DNA of 64,000 bases. Source: Bacillota bacterium. Lineage in GTDB: Bacteria > Bacillota > Clostridia > Saccharofermentanales > DTU023. Made by a program: the position numbers and the translations under genes. This document shows, piece by piece, positions 36,560-45,745 of this stretch. A model generated the notes under the pieces. The model was not told the origin of the DNA and did not search any database. It saw only the letters and a list, made by a program, of their open reading frames with translations. The stretch's first letter is position 1, and each line of letters opens with the position of its first letter. The stretch is taken from NCBI GenBank assembly GCA_023622515.1, contig JAMNZB010000065.1:8875-72874 (forward strand). Reading direction: 5' to 3'.

Positions 36560-36677
36560 TCTTGCTGTCTCCTCCCTCAAAAGAATGTTACTTAGAGTAT
36601 ATACCATTTTTAAAGAAGTAGGTTATGCTTCCTTACCTTGCTATAATATAGTTAGACTATAAGAGAGGGACGTAGAA

Positions 36678-37295
36678 ATGATTGATGATAAAAAAGTAGA
36701 TTTTTCGAAGACGACATTTTTCCGTTTGGTTACTAAAATTGCAGATTTGCCAAAAGATTCCAAGCCGCAAGTGGTATTTGCCGGAAAGTCAAATGTGGGT
36801 AAATCTTCTGTTTTGAATAAATTATGTCGGCAAAACAAGCTGGCAAAAACTAGTCAAGCAGCAGGGAAAACGCGTAATCTGGTTTTTTTTGATGTGAGCG
36901 AAGCGTTTTATTTGGTCGATTTACCGGGCTACGGTTTCAGTAAAAGCTCAAAAGCGGAGCAAGAGCGTTTTTCCAAGTTGACGGATGACTACCTGCATTC
37001 AGAAAGCCCCATCGCTTTAATCTTGCACTTATTAGATATTCGTCATATGCCAACCAGGCAAGACTTGGAGATGGTCTACTGGTTGGAGGCAACAAAGTCC
37101 CCTTATACAATCTTACTCAATAAAGCTGATAAGCTTAGCAGACCCAAGCAGGAGCAGATGCAAAGCAAAATCAGAAAGTTTTTACAAAGTGAAACCGGTA
37201 TTGTTTTCCCTATGCAAAAAATTTCTGCAGAAACAGGGCTTGGTATAGATTCTCTAGCTGACCTTATCAGGGAGAATGTTGCCGGTTCTAAATAA
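36678..37295 (+). CDS. engB: Ribosome-biogenesis GTPase EngB/YsxC
   Basis: G1 GKSNVGKSS, G3 DLPGYG, G4 NKADK; 205 aa. Confidence 0.9.
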   Translation: MIDDKKVDFSKTTFFRLVTKIADLPKDSKPQVVFAGKSNVGKSSVLNKLCRQNKLAKTSQAAGKTRNLVFFDVSEAFYLVDLPGYGFSKSSKAEQERFSKLTDDYLHSESPIALILHLLDIRHMPTRQDLEMVYWLEATKSPYTILLNKADKLSRPKQEQMQSKIRKFLQSETGIVFPMQKISAETGLGIDSLADLIRENVAGSK

Positions 37296-37323
37296 AATAG
37301 GCCTTTATACAGCTGATTCTCAT

Positions 37324-37347
37324 GGCCTGCCCGGTAATGGGCAGGCC
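37324..37347 (+). terminator. GC-rich hairpin GGCCTGCCC-ggtaat-GGGCAGGCC after engB (no T tract)
   Basis: Perfect 9-bp stem read directly; lack of a U run makes terminator function uncertain. Confidence 0.3.
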
Positions 37348-37407
37348 AACTGCTTGCCTGCCCCCATACTGTATGAATGGTGACGTATAGCTTCTCTATA
37401 TATAGCC

Positions 37408-37447
37408 TCAAGCATTGTCACTTTATTTCATGATGCTTGCCATTTTT
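37408..37447 (+). terminator. Hairpin CAAGCAT / ATGCTTG (17-nt loop) followed by TTTTTT
   Basis: 37408-37414 pairs with 37432-37438; T run 37442-37447, just before the cassette promoter. Confidence 0.4.
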
Positions 37448-37449
37448 TC

Positions 37450-37537
37450 TTGACAAGAGGGGAAGTTAAACTTACACTATTAGCAGTTAAACTTCTTCAA
37501 ACATGACAAATCAGAGAAGGGGTAGAAGTTAAACTTC
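37450..37537 (+). promoter_or_regulatory. Promoter (-35 TTGACA 37450-37455, -10 TACACT 37473-37478) with three copies of palindromic operator GAAGTT-A-AACTTC
   Basis: Operator copies at 37462-37473 (between -35 and -10), 37484-37495 and 37525-37537 (just before the AAGGAGG RBS). Confidence 0.6.
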
Positions 37538-37551
37538 TGCAAGGAGGAAAG

Positions 37552-37950
37552 ATGAGTTTTGGTAAAAAAATAAAAGCCTTAAGAGAGAAAAAAGCTTTGA
37601 CACAAAAGCAACTGGCCGAAATGCTGGGAATAACTTCCAAAACGGTAAGCAACTATGAAAGTAAGAACATGAGGCCGCGGAAGATGGAAATGTACAAGAA
37701 GATGGCCCAAATATTTGAGGTTAATGTAAACTATCTGCTTACAGAAGAGGATTACTTCATTATGGACTCAGGGGAAAGATTCGGATACAAGGGGGCTAAA
37801 GATGCCCAGGCTCTTGTTGACTCCATGACAGGACTTTTTGCAGGCGGTCAGCTGGCAGAAGAGGACAAGGACATCTTATTTGAAGCCATATCCCAAGCCT
37901 ACTGGCAATCAAAATTAGAAAATAAAAAATACGGCAAGCGTAAGAAATAG
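37552..37950 (+). CDS. XRE-family HTH transcriptional regulator (ImmR-like)
   Basis: IKALREKKALTQKQLAEMLGITSKTVSNYESKNMRP HTH_3 pattern; immediately followed by an ImmA-type peptidase gene. Confidence 0.8.
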   Translation: MSFGKKIKALREKKALTQKQLAEMLGITSKTVSNYESKNMRPRKMEMYKKMAQIFEVNVNYLLTEEDYFIMDSGERFGYKGAKDAQALVDSMTGLFAGGQLAEEDKDILFEAISQAYWQSKLENKKYGKRKK

Positions 37951-37958
37951 GGTGTGCG

Positions 37959-38513
37959 ATGACCAATAAATGGATTTACGACAAAGTAAATAAGCTTGTA
38001 GCACAATATAAAACGAGAGATCCTGAGGAACTCGCCGGCTCTTTAAATATTAGAATCAAATACATGGAAGCCACGAGCTCCTTATTGGGTATGTATATGG
38101 TAATTTTGCGAAACCGATTTATCTTTTTACCCAATAATCTGGGGAGTCTGAAAAAAACTGTTCTGGCCCATGAAATCGGCCATGACCAGCTCCATAGAAA
38201 AGAATGCGTCCAGGGGGCTTCTTTCCATGAAAGCAGAATCTTCAATCCGATAAACCGGTATGAAATTGAGGCCAACATATTTGCTGCCCACCTACTGATA
38301 TCTGATAAAGATGTCATGAGCATGATAAAGCATGCCGAGACCGATAGAGATTTGGCGGATAAGCTGGGTGTGGATATCAATCTTTTAAATTTAAAAATAT
38401 CCGAGATGGCCAAAATGAATCTCCTGGACCTGGACCGGTCTAAGTTGCAACGCCCCGATTCAGAATTTTTACAAGACTATAAGCCCTTTGACGATGATTG
38501 GGACTACTGCTGA
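37959..38513 (+). CDS. ImmA/IrrE-family zinc metallopeptidase (DUF955)
   Basis: HEIGH zinc motif (LAHEIGHDQLH) with downstream E (...YEIEANIFAAHLL); 184 aa; XRE+ImmA gene pair. Confidence 0.8.
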   Translation: MTNKWIYDKVNKLVAQYKTRDPEELAGSLNIRIKYMEATSSLLGMYMVILRNRFIFLPNNLGSLKKTVLAHEIGHDQLHRKECVQGASFHESRIFNPINRYEIEANIFAAHLLISDKDVMSMIKHAETDRDLADKLGVDINLLNLKISEMAKMNLLDLDRSKLQRPDSEFLQDYKPFDDDWDYC

Positions 38514-38552
38514 AAACATTGAGAGAAGATAAATTTTAGCGAAAGGGGAAGT

Positions 38553-39965
38553 ATGGGACAGATTGATTATGAAAAAGAAGCTAAATCAGACATAGCTTTT
38601 ATAGACATGAAGTCCTTTTATGCTAGTGTCGAGTGTGTGAAAAGAGGCTTGCATCCTCTCAAGACTTCCCTTTGTGTGATGAGCCGGTCAGAAAATTCCC
38701 ATGGGCTAATCCTGGCCAGTTCGCCAACTTTTAAAGAGGTATTCGGGAAAAACAATGTCGGTAGAAGCGGAGACCTGCCCTTTGATGTATATACAAGAAA
38801 ATTCAGCTGTGAAAAGGCGCGGAGGCAAAATATTCCCATGACAAGAAGCTATATCAAACACATTGAAGCTTGGGCTGCCAAGACTCTTATCGTGCCCCCC
38901 CGCATGGCTCTTTATATTGAGGAGAGCCTTAAAATACAAAAAGTTCTTGAAAACTTTGCAACTGTCCGGGAGATCTACCCCTATTCTATTGATGAGAGCT
39001 TTGTAGATTTAACCGCTTCACTCAACTATTTTATTAGAGACAAAAAAATGACCGGGCGTCAAAAGCTGGATGTCGTTTCTTCTAAAATACAACAGGCCAT
39101 ATGGAAGGAAACCGGTATATTTTCAACAATCGGCATGAGCAACGCCAATCCTCTCTTGGCCAAACTAGCCCTGGACAATGAAGCAAAAAAAAACAAAAAC
39201 ATGAGGGCCAACTGGTCCTATGAAGATGTGGAGACCAAGGTTTGGGCCATTCCGAATTTAACTGATTTTTGGGGAATTGGGGAGAGGACAGCCCGAAGAC
39301 TTAGAAAGCTAAATATTTACTCTATTAGAGACCTGGCTAATGCAAATCCGGACAGGCTGCAAATGGAGTTTGGCATAATAGGAGTCCAGCTTTGGTTTCA
39401 CGCCAATGGGGTGGACGAAAGCAAGCTCTCCAGACCCTATACTCCTAAGTCGAAGGGTATCGGGAATTCTCAAATATTGCCAAGAAACTACACAAGTCAG
39501 GCTGAGATTGAACTTGTTCTCATGGAGATGGCAGAACAGGTAGCTGTTCGTCTTAGGAGGATAAAAAAGAAGGCCACAGTTGTAGCCATTCATATCGGAT
39601 TTAGCTATGAAGAGGGAAGAAAAAGCATTAATGCCGCCAGCAAAATTAATCCTAGCCAAAGCACACAAGAATTGACAAGGCAGGTTTTGAACCTGTTCAG
39701 AAAAAAATATAGGGGCGGAGCGGTCAGAAGCATAGGGGTCAGATACGACAAATTGACGGATCGAGCCTACCGGGCCTATAGCTTTTTTGATGATCCCCTG
39801 GCTCTTGAAAAGATGGATAAGCTGGAAAAAACGATTGATGACCTTAGGGATAAGTTTGGTTATTTAGCTATTCAGAGGGCCACTTGTCTCATGGAAGGCT
39901 CAAGGGTCATGGAAAGAAGCAGGCTTATAGGCGGCCACTGTGGTGGCCTGGATGGGATGATATGA
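38553..39965 (+). CDS. Y-family translesion DNA polymerase (UmuC/UvrX-like)
   Basis: IAFIDMKSFYASVECV... (catalytic Asp), ...YSIDESFVDLT..., HhH region ...FWGIGERTARRLRKLNIYSIRDLA; 470 aa. Confidence 0.88.
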   Translation: MGQIDYEKEAKSDIAFIDMKSFYASVECVKRGLHPLKTSLCVMSRSENSHGLILASSPTFKEVFGKNNVGRSGDLPFDVYTRKFSCEKARRQNIPMTRSYIKHIEAWAAKTLIVPPRMALYIEESLKIQKVLENFATVREIYPYSIDESFVDLTASLNYFIRDKKMTGRQKLDVVSSKIQQAIWKETGIFSTIGMSNANPLLAKLALDNEAKKNKNMRANWSYEDVETKVWAIPNLTDFWGIGERTARRLRKLNIYSIRDLANANPDRLQMEFGIIGVQLWFHANGVDESKLSRPYTPKSKGIGNSQILPRNYTSQAEIELVLMEMAEQVAVRLRRIKKKATVVAIHIGFSYEEGRKSINAASKINPSQSTQELTRQVLNLFRKKYRGGAVRSIGVRYDKLTDRAYRAYSFFDDPLALEKMDKLEKTIDDLRDKFGYLAIQRATCLMEGSRVMERSRLIGGHCGGLDGMI

Positions 39966-39966
39966 T

Positions 39967-40323
39967 ATGACGGACAGATCTTATTTGCCCTATAAATCAG
40001 CAAGATATTATGTTGACAGGGGTATGGCCAAGTGGATGGGATTTTATATTTCCGAACACTCTACGGCTCTTTCACAATATGCCGATACAGTAACTTTCCC
40101 GGAAGGAATGGAAAGTGAAGAAAAAATGCTTTTATTAAGTCAGGTGTTTTTAAAAAAACTAAAAATTGTTTTATGTACAAAGCTTGATAGACAACCTTTT
40201 GTAGGCAGAGTGCATAATTTGACAGAACAAAAATTATACCTGGAGACCAAAGAAAGTGTAGTAAGTTTCTCCTACGACCATATCCTAAGCCTGACACCGG
40301 CAGAGGAGGGGGAAGATGAATAA
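39967..40323 (+). CDS. YolD-like protein (UmuD-surrogate family)
   Basis: DRGMAKWMGFYISEHSTAL matches the YolD-like R-G-x-x-K-W..F.l.EH motif; starts 2 nt after the polymerase stop. Confidence 0.72.
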   Translation: MTDRSYLPYKSARYYVDRGMAKWMGFYISEHSTALSQYADTVTFPEGMESEEKMLLLSQVFLKKLKIVLCTKLDRQPFVGRVHNLTEQKLYLETKESVVSFSYDHILSLTPAEEGEDE

Positions 40324-40597
40324 ATTGGAAAAAAGTAGCTTTCAATTCGACTATTTCAGTAGCAATTATCAACAATTTGAAGAAGATTTTTACCAATACG
40401 CCAATATAAATATCCCCCTCACTTTTTTAACGGATGATATTCTAAAACTAATGTATACAAACAAAAAAAATTATTTTAGACTCAATGCGGCCAACTCAAA
40501 AGATAACAGAGATCACTACTTTATTTTCAAGGAGCAAGCTCAAAAAGACAATCATCAAGTGATCCGATATGAGTATGTAGGGCATAGGTTTGGATAA
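40316..40597 (+). CDS. Hypothetical protein, last gene of the translesion cassette
   Basis: 93 aa, N/Y/F-rich, no motif recognised; ATG overlaps the YolD-like stop by 8 nt (translational coupling). Confidence 0.45.
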   Translation: MNKLEKSSFQFDYFSSNYQQFEEDFYQYANINIPLTFLTDDILKLMYTNKKNYFRLNAANSKDNRDHYFIFKEQAQKDNHQVIRYEYVGHRFG

Positions 40598-40760
40598 AAC
40601 AAAGCCCTTTATAGGGTGAGACTCAGCCCTGTGTTTTGTGCCTGGCTGGATTGAGTGAGAGAAATTCGGAATTGCTGTTGGCTATTGTCGTTAATTGAAG
40701 GCTTTATCTTCGACTGTCAGGGACTCTTTTAGGGAATCATAAGGAAGATTCCTTAAAAGA

Positions 40761-43160
40761 TTGGTTGTGGTGCTAGTGACTGGAGATTTAGCAGAAAACA
40801 AGGATAGCTTTCCCTTGAGAAGGCCGGCGATATATCTTTTTCTTGCTGCTTTTTTGCCAATTCTCTTGGTCGTAAAAATTCAATCGAAAACTTGCTGCCT
40901 GCTTTTGAGCATGGTCTTGCTTTTTACGGCTTGCTTTTTCCGGCCTCTCAAAAAGATTAAAACGATCTTAATTTGTCTTTTCATATTTCAAATTGCCCGG
41001 ATGACCATATACTGGCAGACCAACCGGGAAGTACTTTCCGAGGACATCCCACATACCTTCACCATACTTAACTTCCTCTGGCAAAATGAGGAGATAGATA
41101 GGTTTTGCGCCAGGGCAAGGACAGATGATGGTAAAATAGTGGCATTAATCCTGCCGTTTAAGCACCACGCCTCTAAAGTCCTTAGCTGCAGAGTACAAGA
41201 ATTAGCTATAGCAAGAGCGACAAATCCCGGAGGATTTGATGAGGATGAGTGGTTATTCGGTAAGGGTATTTTCAAGAAATATGAGTCCTGCGGCCCTATA
41301 CTTGAACTGAAAAGCCGAGGTATCTGCTATCAAGTTCGTTATAAGTATCTTTTGAGAGTTTACTCTTTTGTAGAAGCAGCAGACTCGGAATTGGCAGCTT
41401 TCCTTTTAGCCCTGCTCTTTGGTGAGAAGAAGTACCTGTCCAAGACACTTAAAAGTCAATTTCAAAGCCTAAATCTGGCCCATATTTTAGCTGTTTCCGG
41501 GATGCACTTATCTTTTCTGATAAGAGCATTTCAGCAATCCGGCTTGCGGAAAATTTTAGGTTATAAAGCAAGTCATATGATGCTGGCCCTTATTATTTGT
41601 TTTTGGTCTTTCCTTTGCTCTTTTCCGGCAAGTTTTCTTCGCGCAGCCTTGCTATATTTAGCCAGAAAAATATGTTTATGGAAAAAATATCGTATTGATT
41701 CTGTGAATAATTTAGCTTTCGCCTTTACTCTTTCGCTAGTGGTTAATCCTTTTTTGTTGTTTGATAAAGGAGCCATCTGGTCCTATGCAGCAGCAGCTTC
41801 CATATTTTTCTTCGGGGATGACCTGAAGGTTTTTTTCAGCAGGCTAGGTGTTGACAGCAAAAAGCTAAGAGATAATTTAGCCTCAACTTGCTCAGCCCAA
41901 TTTGCTATCTTGTTTCTCAATGCAAGCAACCGGGGGCAGATCAATTTCGTTTATATACTCTTTCAACTGCTGTTTTGTTTTATCTGTTCAATAATCTTCA
42001 GGCTATCCTTACCGCTGCTTCTCCTAATTAGCCTCCTGCCCATCGGAGCATTTTCTTTTTTACGCCTGGGAAAATATTTCTTAAGACCCTTGTACATCAT
42101 CCTAAGCTTCTGTGTAGAAGGCCTGTGTCGAGTAAGCATGCCGGCTTTCCTCAGGATAGAGAACAATGTCTACTTTCTTGGAATTTGTGCTTTTATAGCC
42201 CTGGCTTATCTGCTTATAAAAGAGATTCCCGGCTTAAAAGGAAAATTTTATAGGAGAAAGAAATTTTTTACACTGATTTTGATAATCATTTTTTTAGTAT
42301 CGCAGCTATGGCCGGTCATAAGTCCGCTAGTTGAAATCTATTTTTTGGATGTGGGGCAGGGGGATGCCCTTGTTATCCGGAATAAAGGAAAAGCTATACT
42401 GATTGACGGAGGTACAAAAGATAAGGCGGACCAGGTAATTTTCCCCTTCATGCAGGCCAAAGGAATTCAAAGTTTCACTAGTATTATTCTTACGCATGCC
42501 GATATAGACCACATCGGGGCAGCCCACGAAGTCATCAGGCAAAATAAGGCTAAAGCAGTTTATATTCCGGAGTATTTTACCTATGAGCAAAAGGCCGGTG
42601 AGGGAGAGTTTTCTTCAGAAGGCCGGAAACTGCTGGATTCATGCCGGGAAAATGATATTCCCGTTTACTATTTTTCGGGAGGAGATTATATTTATCTGAA
42701 GCAAGGAGAAATATTTTTAAAAAATCTGGAAATATGCCGTATCCCAAAGGACAAGCTTGAGAATAATAATGACACTAGCCTCGTGCTGCTTTTTTCCTGT
42801 TATGAGACGCAGCTTCTCTTAACAGGAGATATGACAGAACAGCAGGAAAAGCAATTTGTGAATGAGGGCAACTTGTCCGGAAATCGCTATGAAAGTCCTA
42901 TTCTGAAGGTTGCCCATCACGGTTCAGGAAAAACAACCGGTGAACAATTTTTAAAGATTATAAAGCCGGAAGTTGCTATCATTTCTGTTGGCAAGAACAA
43001 TCCCTATCGCCATCCGCACACAGCCCTGCTAAAGAGATTGTTTAAAAACAAAGTAGGAGTCCTGAGGACTGACCTTGACGGGGCTATAAAAATTTGTATT
43101 TCACCTAAAGAAAAAATAGCCATCTACACATACAAGACAAAAAATTACTATCTAAGGTAG
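40761..43160 (+). CDS. comEC: DNA internalization competence protein ComEC/Rec2 (with C-terminal MBL domain)
   Basis: Polytopic N-terminal two-thirds, competence domain (...LAHILAVSGMHLSF...), C-terminal metallo-beta-lactamase (FLDVGQGDA..., THADIDHIG, ...VAHHGS). Start uncertain (TTG/GTG cluster 40761-40776, no clear RBS). Confidence 0.85.
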   Translation: MVVVLVTGDLAENKDSFPLRRPAIYLFLAAFLPILLVVKIQSKTCCLLLSMVLLFTACFFRPLKKIKTILICLFIFQIARMTIYWQTNREVLSEDIPHTFTILNFLWQNEEIDRFCARARTDDGKIVALILPFKHHASKVLSCRVQELAIARATNPGGFDEDEWLFGKGIFKKYESCGPILELKSRGICYQVRYKYLLRVYSFVEAADSELAAFLLALLFGEKKYLSKTLKSQFQSLNLAHILAVSGMHLSFLIRAFQQSGLRKILGYKASHMMLALIICFWSFLCSFPASFLRAALLYLARKICLWKKYRIDSVNNLAFAFTLSLVVNPFLLFDKGAIWSYAAAASIFFFGDDLKVFFSRLGVDSKKLRDNLASTCSAQFAILFLNASNRGQINFVYILFQLLFCFICSIIFRLSLPLLLLISLLPIGAFSFLRLGKYFLRPLYIILSFCVEGLCRVSMPAFLRIENNVYFLGICAFIALAYLLIKEIPGLKGKFYRRKKFFTLILIIIFLVSQLWPVISPLVEIYFLDVGQGDALVIRNKGKAILIDGGTKDKADQVIFPFMQAKGIQSFTSIILTHADIDHIGAAHEVIRQNKAKAVYIPEYFTYEQKAGEGEFSSEGRKLLDSCRENDIPVYYFSGGDYIYLKQGEIFLKNLEICRIPKDKLENNNDTSLVLLFSCYETQLLLTGDMTEQQEKQFVNEGNLSGNRYESPILKVAHHGSGKTTGEQFLKIIKPEVAIISVGKNNPYRHPHTALLKRLFKNKVGVLRTDLDGAIKICISPKEKIAIYTYKTKNYYLR

Positions 43161-43187
43161 AATGTAGAAGAAGGGTAAATAGTAAGA

Positions 43188-44240
43188 GTGAGTATGACAA
43201 AAAATAATATCATTTCCTATAGGGAGTTTCGCAGGCAGATTGAAGATGGCCGAATATCGTCCTGGTATGTTTTCTCCGGTGATGAGGATTTTCTTCTGGA
43301 GCATGCCTTAAAGTTGCTGGAAGAGCTCTTTATTGCTCCGGGTTCAGAAAGCCTGGATCTCATTAAGGTGAAGCAAAACTTTTCCCTAGAGCGCGTACAG
43401 GAAGAGCTGCGTATCAGCCCCCTGCTTTCGGAACGCCGTTTGCTTATTTTCTATGATTCAGGTTTATGGAACAGTAAATCCGGCTTAGCGGAAGAAAAGC
43501 AAGCCGGCCTTAAAAATATTGCTCAGCTCATTCATGACCAGGTTTGCCTTTGCTTTGTAGAAAGCAAGACAGATAAGCGTCTGAAAAAGAATTATTCAAT
43601 CCTGAAAGAGGCCGGCGGATATCATGTGGAAGTAAACAAGGAGAACGAGGCGACTCTCCGTTCTTGGATAGCGGCTTATCTGGGGAAGAAGAAAATCAAA
43701 ATCAGCAGGGAAGCAGCAGAGTCTTTGATTTTGCGTTGTGACTCGGAAATGGGTCAGTTAAGCTTGGAACTTGATAAGTTGAGCAAATATTGTGAGTATG
43801 CCGGCCTTGCACAGATTGACCTTGCCTTACTGGATTTGGCTTGCCGAGAAGATATACAAGGGAATATATTCAAACTAACCGATGCTATTTCTGCAAAAAA
43901 TATCTCGCTTGCCTTATCTTATCTTGACAAGCTATTTAAGCAAAAAGAACCGGCTATGCTTATATTATTCATGCTAGCCAGACATTTTAGGCAGCTGCTT
44001 GCAGCAAAATATGCGGGCAACAAAGAGAGGCTTGCGACGGGGCTCAAGGTGCAAAATTTTGTGGCCACAAGGCTACTAGGACAAACAGAGAAATTCACCT
44101 TGACAGAACTCATTCATCTAAGTGAAGCCTGCTACAAAACAGATAAGGCGATTAAAACAGGTGAGATTGAAGAGCGGACGGCCTTAGAAATGATTTTGTT
44201 TGAAGCGGTAAAAGCGCTGCCCTTACCCTCTTCAACTTGA
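43188..44240 (+). CDS. holA: DNA polymerase III delta subunit
   Basis: 350 aa; canonical position after comEC; ...WYVFSGDEDFLLEHALKLL... N-terminus typical of HolA; start GTG 43188 or ATG 43194. Confidence 0.8.
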   Translation: MSMTKNNIISYREFRRQIEDGRISSWYVFSGDEDFLLEHALKLLEELFIAPGSESLDLIKVKQNFSLERVQEELRISPLLSERRLLIFYDSGLWNSKSGLAEEKQAGLKNIAQLIHDQVCLCFVESKTDKRLKKNYSILKEAGGYHVEVNKENEATLRSWIAAYLGKKKIKISREAAESLILRCDSEMGQLSLELDKLSKYCEYAGLAQIDLALLDLACREDIQGNIFKLTDAISAKNISLALSYLDKLFKQKEPAMLILFMLARHFRQLLAAKYAGNKERLATGLKVQNFVATRLLGQTEKFTLTELIHLSEACYKTDKAIKTGEIEERTALEMILFEAVKALPLPSST

Positions 44241-44302
44241 ATTCATACCCTTGAACGAGTAGAATGACAAGGATTTTAGAGAAATTTCGAGAGGAAATTA
44301 TT

Positions 44303-45700
44303 ATGAAGCAATCAACTCTAATTAAAGATATTTTTAAAAATACGGACAGTTACCTAGATAAAGAGATTACTGTGTCGGGGTGGATACGCTCTATTCGGGA
44401 TCAGAAAAACTTTGCCTTTATCCACCTAAATGATGGCAGCTCTTTCGGCAATCTGCAAATTGTAGTTGAGCGGGAAGATTTTGCCAATTACCAGGAAATT
44501 AGTCATTTAGGTATTGGTGCTGCCATTATTGTTAGCGGAAAACTTGTCGCTACGAAGGGGGCCAAACAAGCCTTTGAGCTTAAAGCAAAGAGGCTTGAGG
44601 TGGAAGGCGATTCTCCCTCGGATTATCCTCTGCAACCTAAGCGGCATACACCGGAGTTTTTAAGGACGATTGCCCATTTAAGGCCCAGAACAAATTTATA
44701 TTCTGCTGTTTTCAGAGTTCGCTCAGAAGCGGCCTTTGCTATTCATAAGTTTTTCAATGAGAGAAATTTTGTCTATATTCACACACCCATTATTACAGCA
44801 AGCGATGCTGAAGGTTCGGGGGAAATGTTTACGCTTACCACTTTTGATTTGGCTGATGCTCCCAGGGATGAAGCAGGAAAAATCGACTATAAGAAGGACT
44901 TCTTTTCTTGTCACAGCAAATTGACAGTCAGTGGTCAATTATCAGTAGAATGTTTTGCTCAAGCCTTCCGCAATGTATATACCTTCGGACCGACTTTCCG
45001 AGCGGAAAATTCAAATACGCCAAGGCATGCGGCTGAGTTTTGGATGATTGAACCGGAAATTGCTTTTGCTGATCTTAGTGACAATATGGATTTGGCAGAA
45101 AGCATGCTGAAGTATATTATTTCCTATATTCTTGAAAAATGTCCTGAGGAAATGAATTTCTTTAATTCTTTTGTTGATAAAGGAATCTTGGAACGTCTGC
45201 AAAAAGTTGTTTCGAGCGAGTTCAAAAGAATAACCTATACAGAGGCTATTGAAAAACTGGAACAGTCCGGTAAGGATTTCCAATACCCGGTATACTGGGG
45301 GGCAGACTTGCAGACGGAACATGAACGTTATTTAACGGAAGAATTGATAAAAGGTCCGGTGTTTGTTACCGATTACCCGAAAGAAATCAAGTCCTTTTAC
45401 ATGAAGGCCAATGAAGATGGAAAAACCGTAGCTGCCATGGATTGTCTGGTTCCCGGCATTGGAGAAATTATTGGCGGTAGCCAAAGAGAAGATAATTTCG
45501 ATTTGTTAAATCAAAGAATTGCAGAACTGGAAATGAATGAAGAGGAATACTGGTGGTATTTAGAACTTCGCAAGTATGGCAGTACCCGCCATGCCGGCTA
45601 TGGCCTCGGCTTTGAACGCCTTATTATGTATTTAACCGGGGTGGCTAATATCAGAGATGTCATTCCTTTCCCCAGGACAGTAGGAAATTTAGAGTTTTAA
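44303..45700 (+). CDS. asnS: Asparagine--tRNA ligase
   Basis: [11 protein letters not shown]...[23 protein letters not shown] (OB fold), class II motifs [30 protein letters not shown]; ATG 44303 behind GAGAGGAA (track: 44264). Confidence 0.92.
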   Translation: MKQSTLIKDIFKNTDSYLDKEITVSGWIRSIRDQKNFAFIHLNDGSSFGNLQIVVEREDFANYQEISHLGIGAAIIVSGKLVATKGAKQAFELKAKRLEVEGDSPSDYPLQPKRHTPEFLRTIAHLRPRTNLYSAVFRVRSEAAFAIHKFFNERNFVYIHTPIITASDAEGSGEMFTLTTFDLADAPRDEAGKIDYKKDFFSCHSKLTVSGQLSVECFAQAFRNVYTFGPTFRAENSNTPRHAAEFWMIEPEIAFADLSDNMDLAESMLKYIISYILEKCPEEMNFFNSFVDKGILERLQKVVSSEFKRITYTEAIEKLEQSGKDFQYPVYWGADLQTEHERYLTEELIKGPVFVTDYPKEIKSFYMKANEDGKTVAAMDCLVPGIGEIIGGSQREDNFDLLNQRIAELEMNEEEYWWYLELRKYGSTRHAGYGLGFERLIMYLTGVANIRDVIPFPRTVGNLEF

Positions 45701-45745
45701 TATTGATTTGTTCTGATCTCCTTCCATTTAGAAAAGGAGCAGAAT

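Noticed and set aside
37450-37551. LexA (Cheo box, GAAC-N4-GTTC) operator in front of the polymerase cassette
   Set aside because: No GAAC...GTTC motif is present. The repeated palindrome is GAAGTT-A-AACTTC, a different half-site and spacing, so it was assigned to the cassette's own XRE protein instead.
37296-40760. Possible att-like direct repeats flanking the XRE-ImmA-polymerase cassette
   Set aside because: The only shared string found by eye is the 8-mer CCTTTATA (near 37304 and 40608). That is too short to be distinguished from chance, and there is no recombinase gene. The cassette is therefore not called a mobile element.
40598-40776. Possible small gene or structured RNA in the 160-nt gap before comEC
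   Set aside because: Only short hairpins (e.g. GGAATC-N-GATTCC) and no ORF with an RBS. The gap may partly reflect an uncertain comEC start (several TTG/GTG candidates with no clear SD).
44241-44302. T-box leaders upstream of asnS (and pheS at 14995-15074)
   Set aside because: The spacers are ~60-80 nt, far shorter than a T-box (~200 nt or more). No specifier-loop or T-box consensus sequence was seen.
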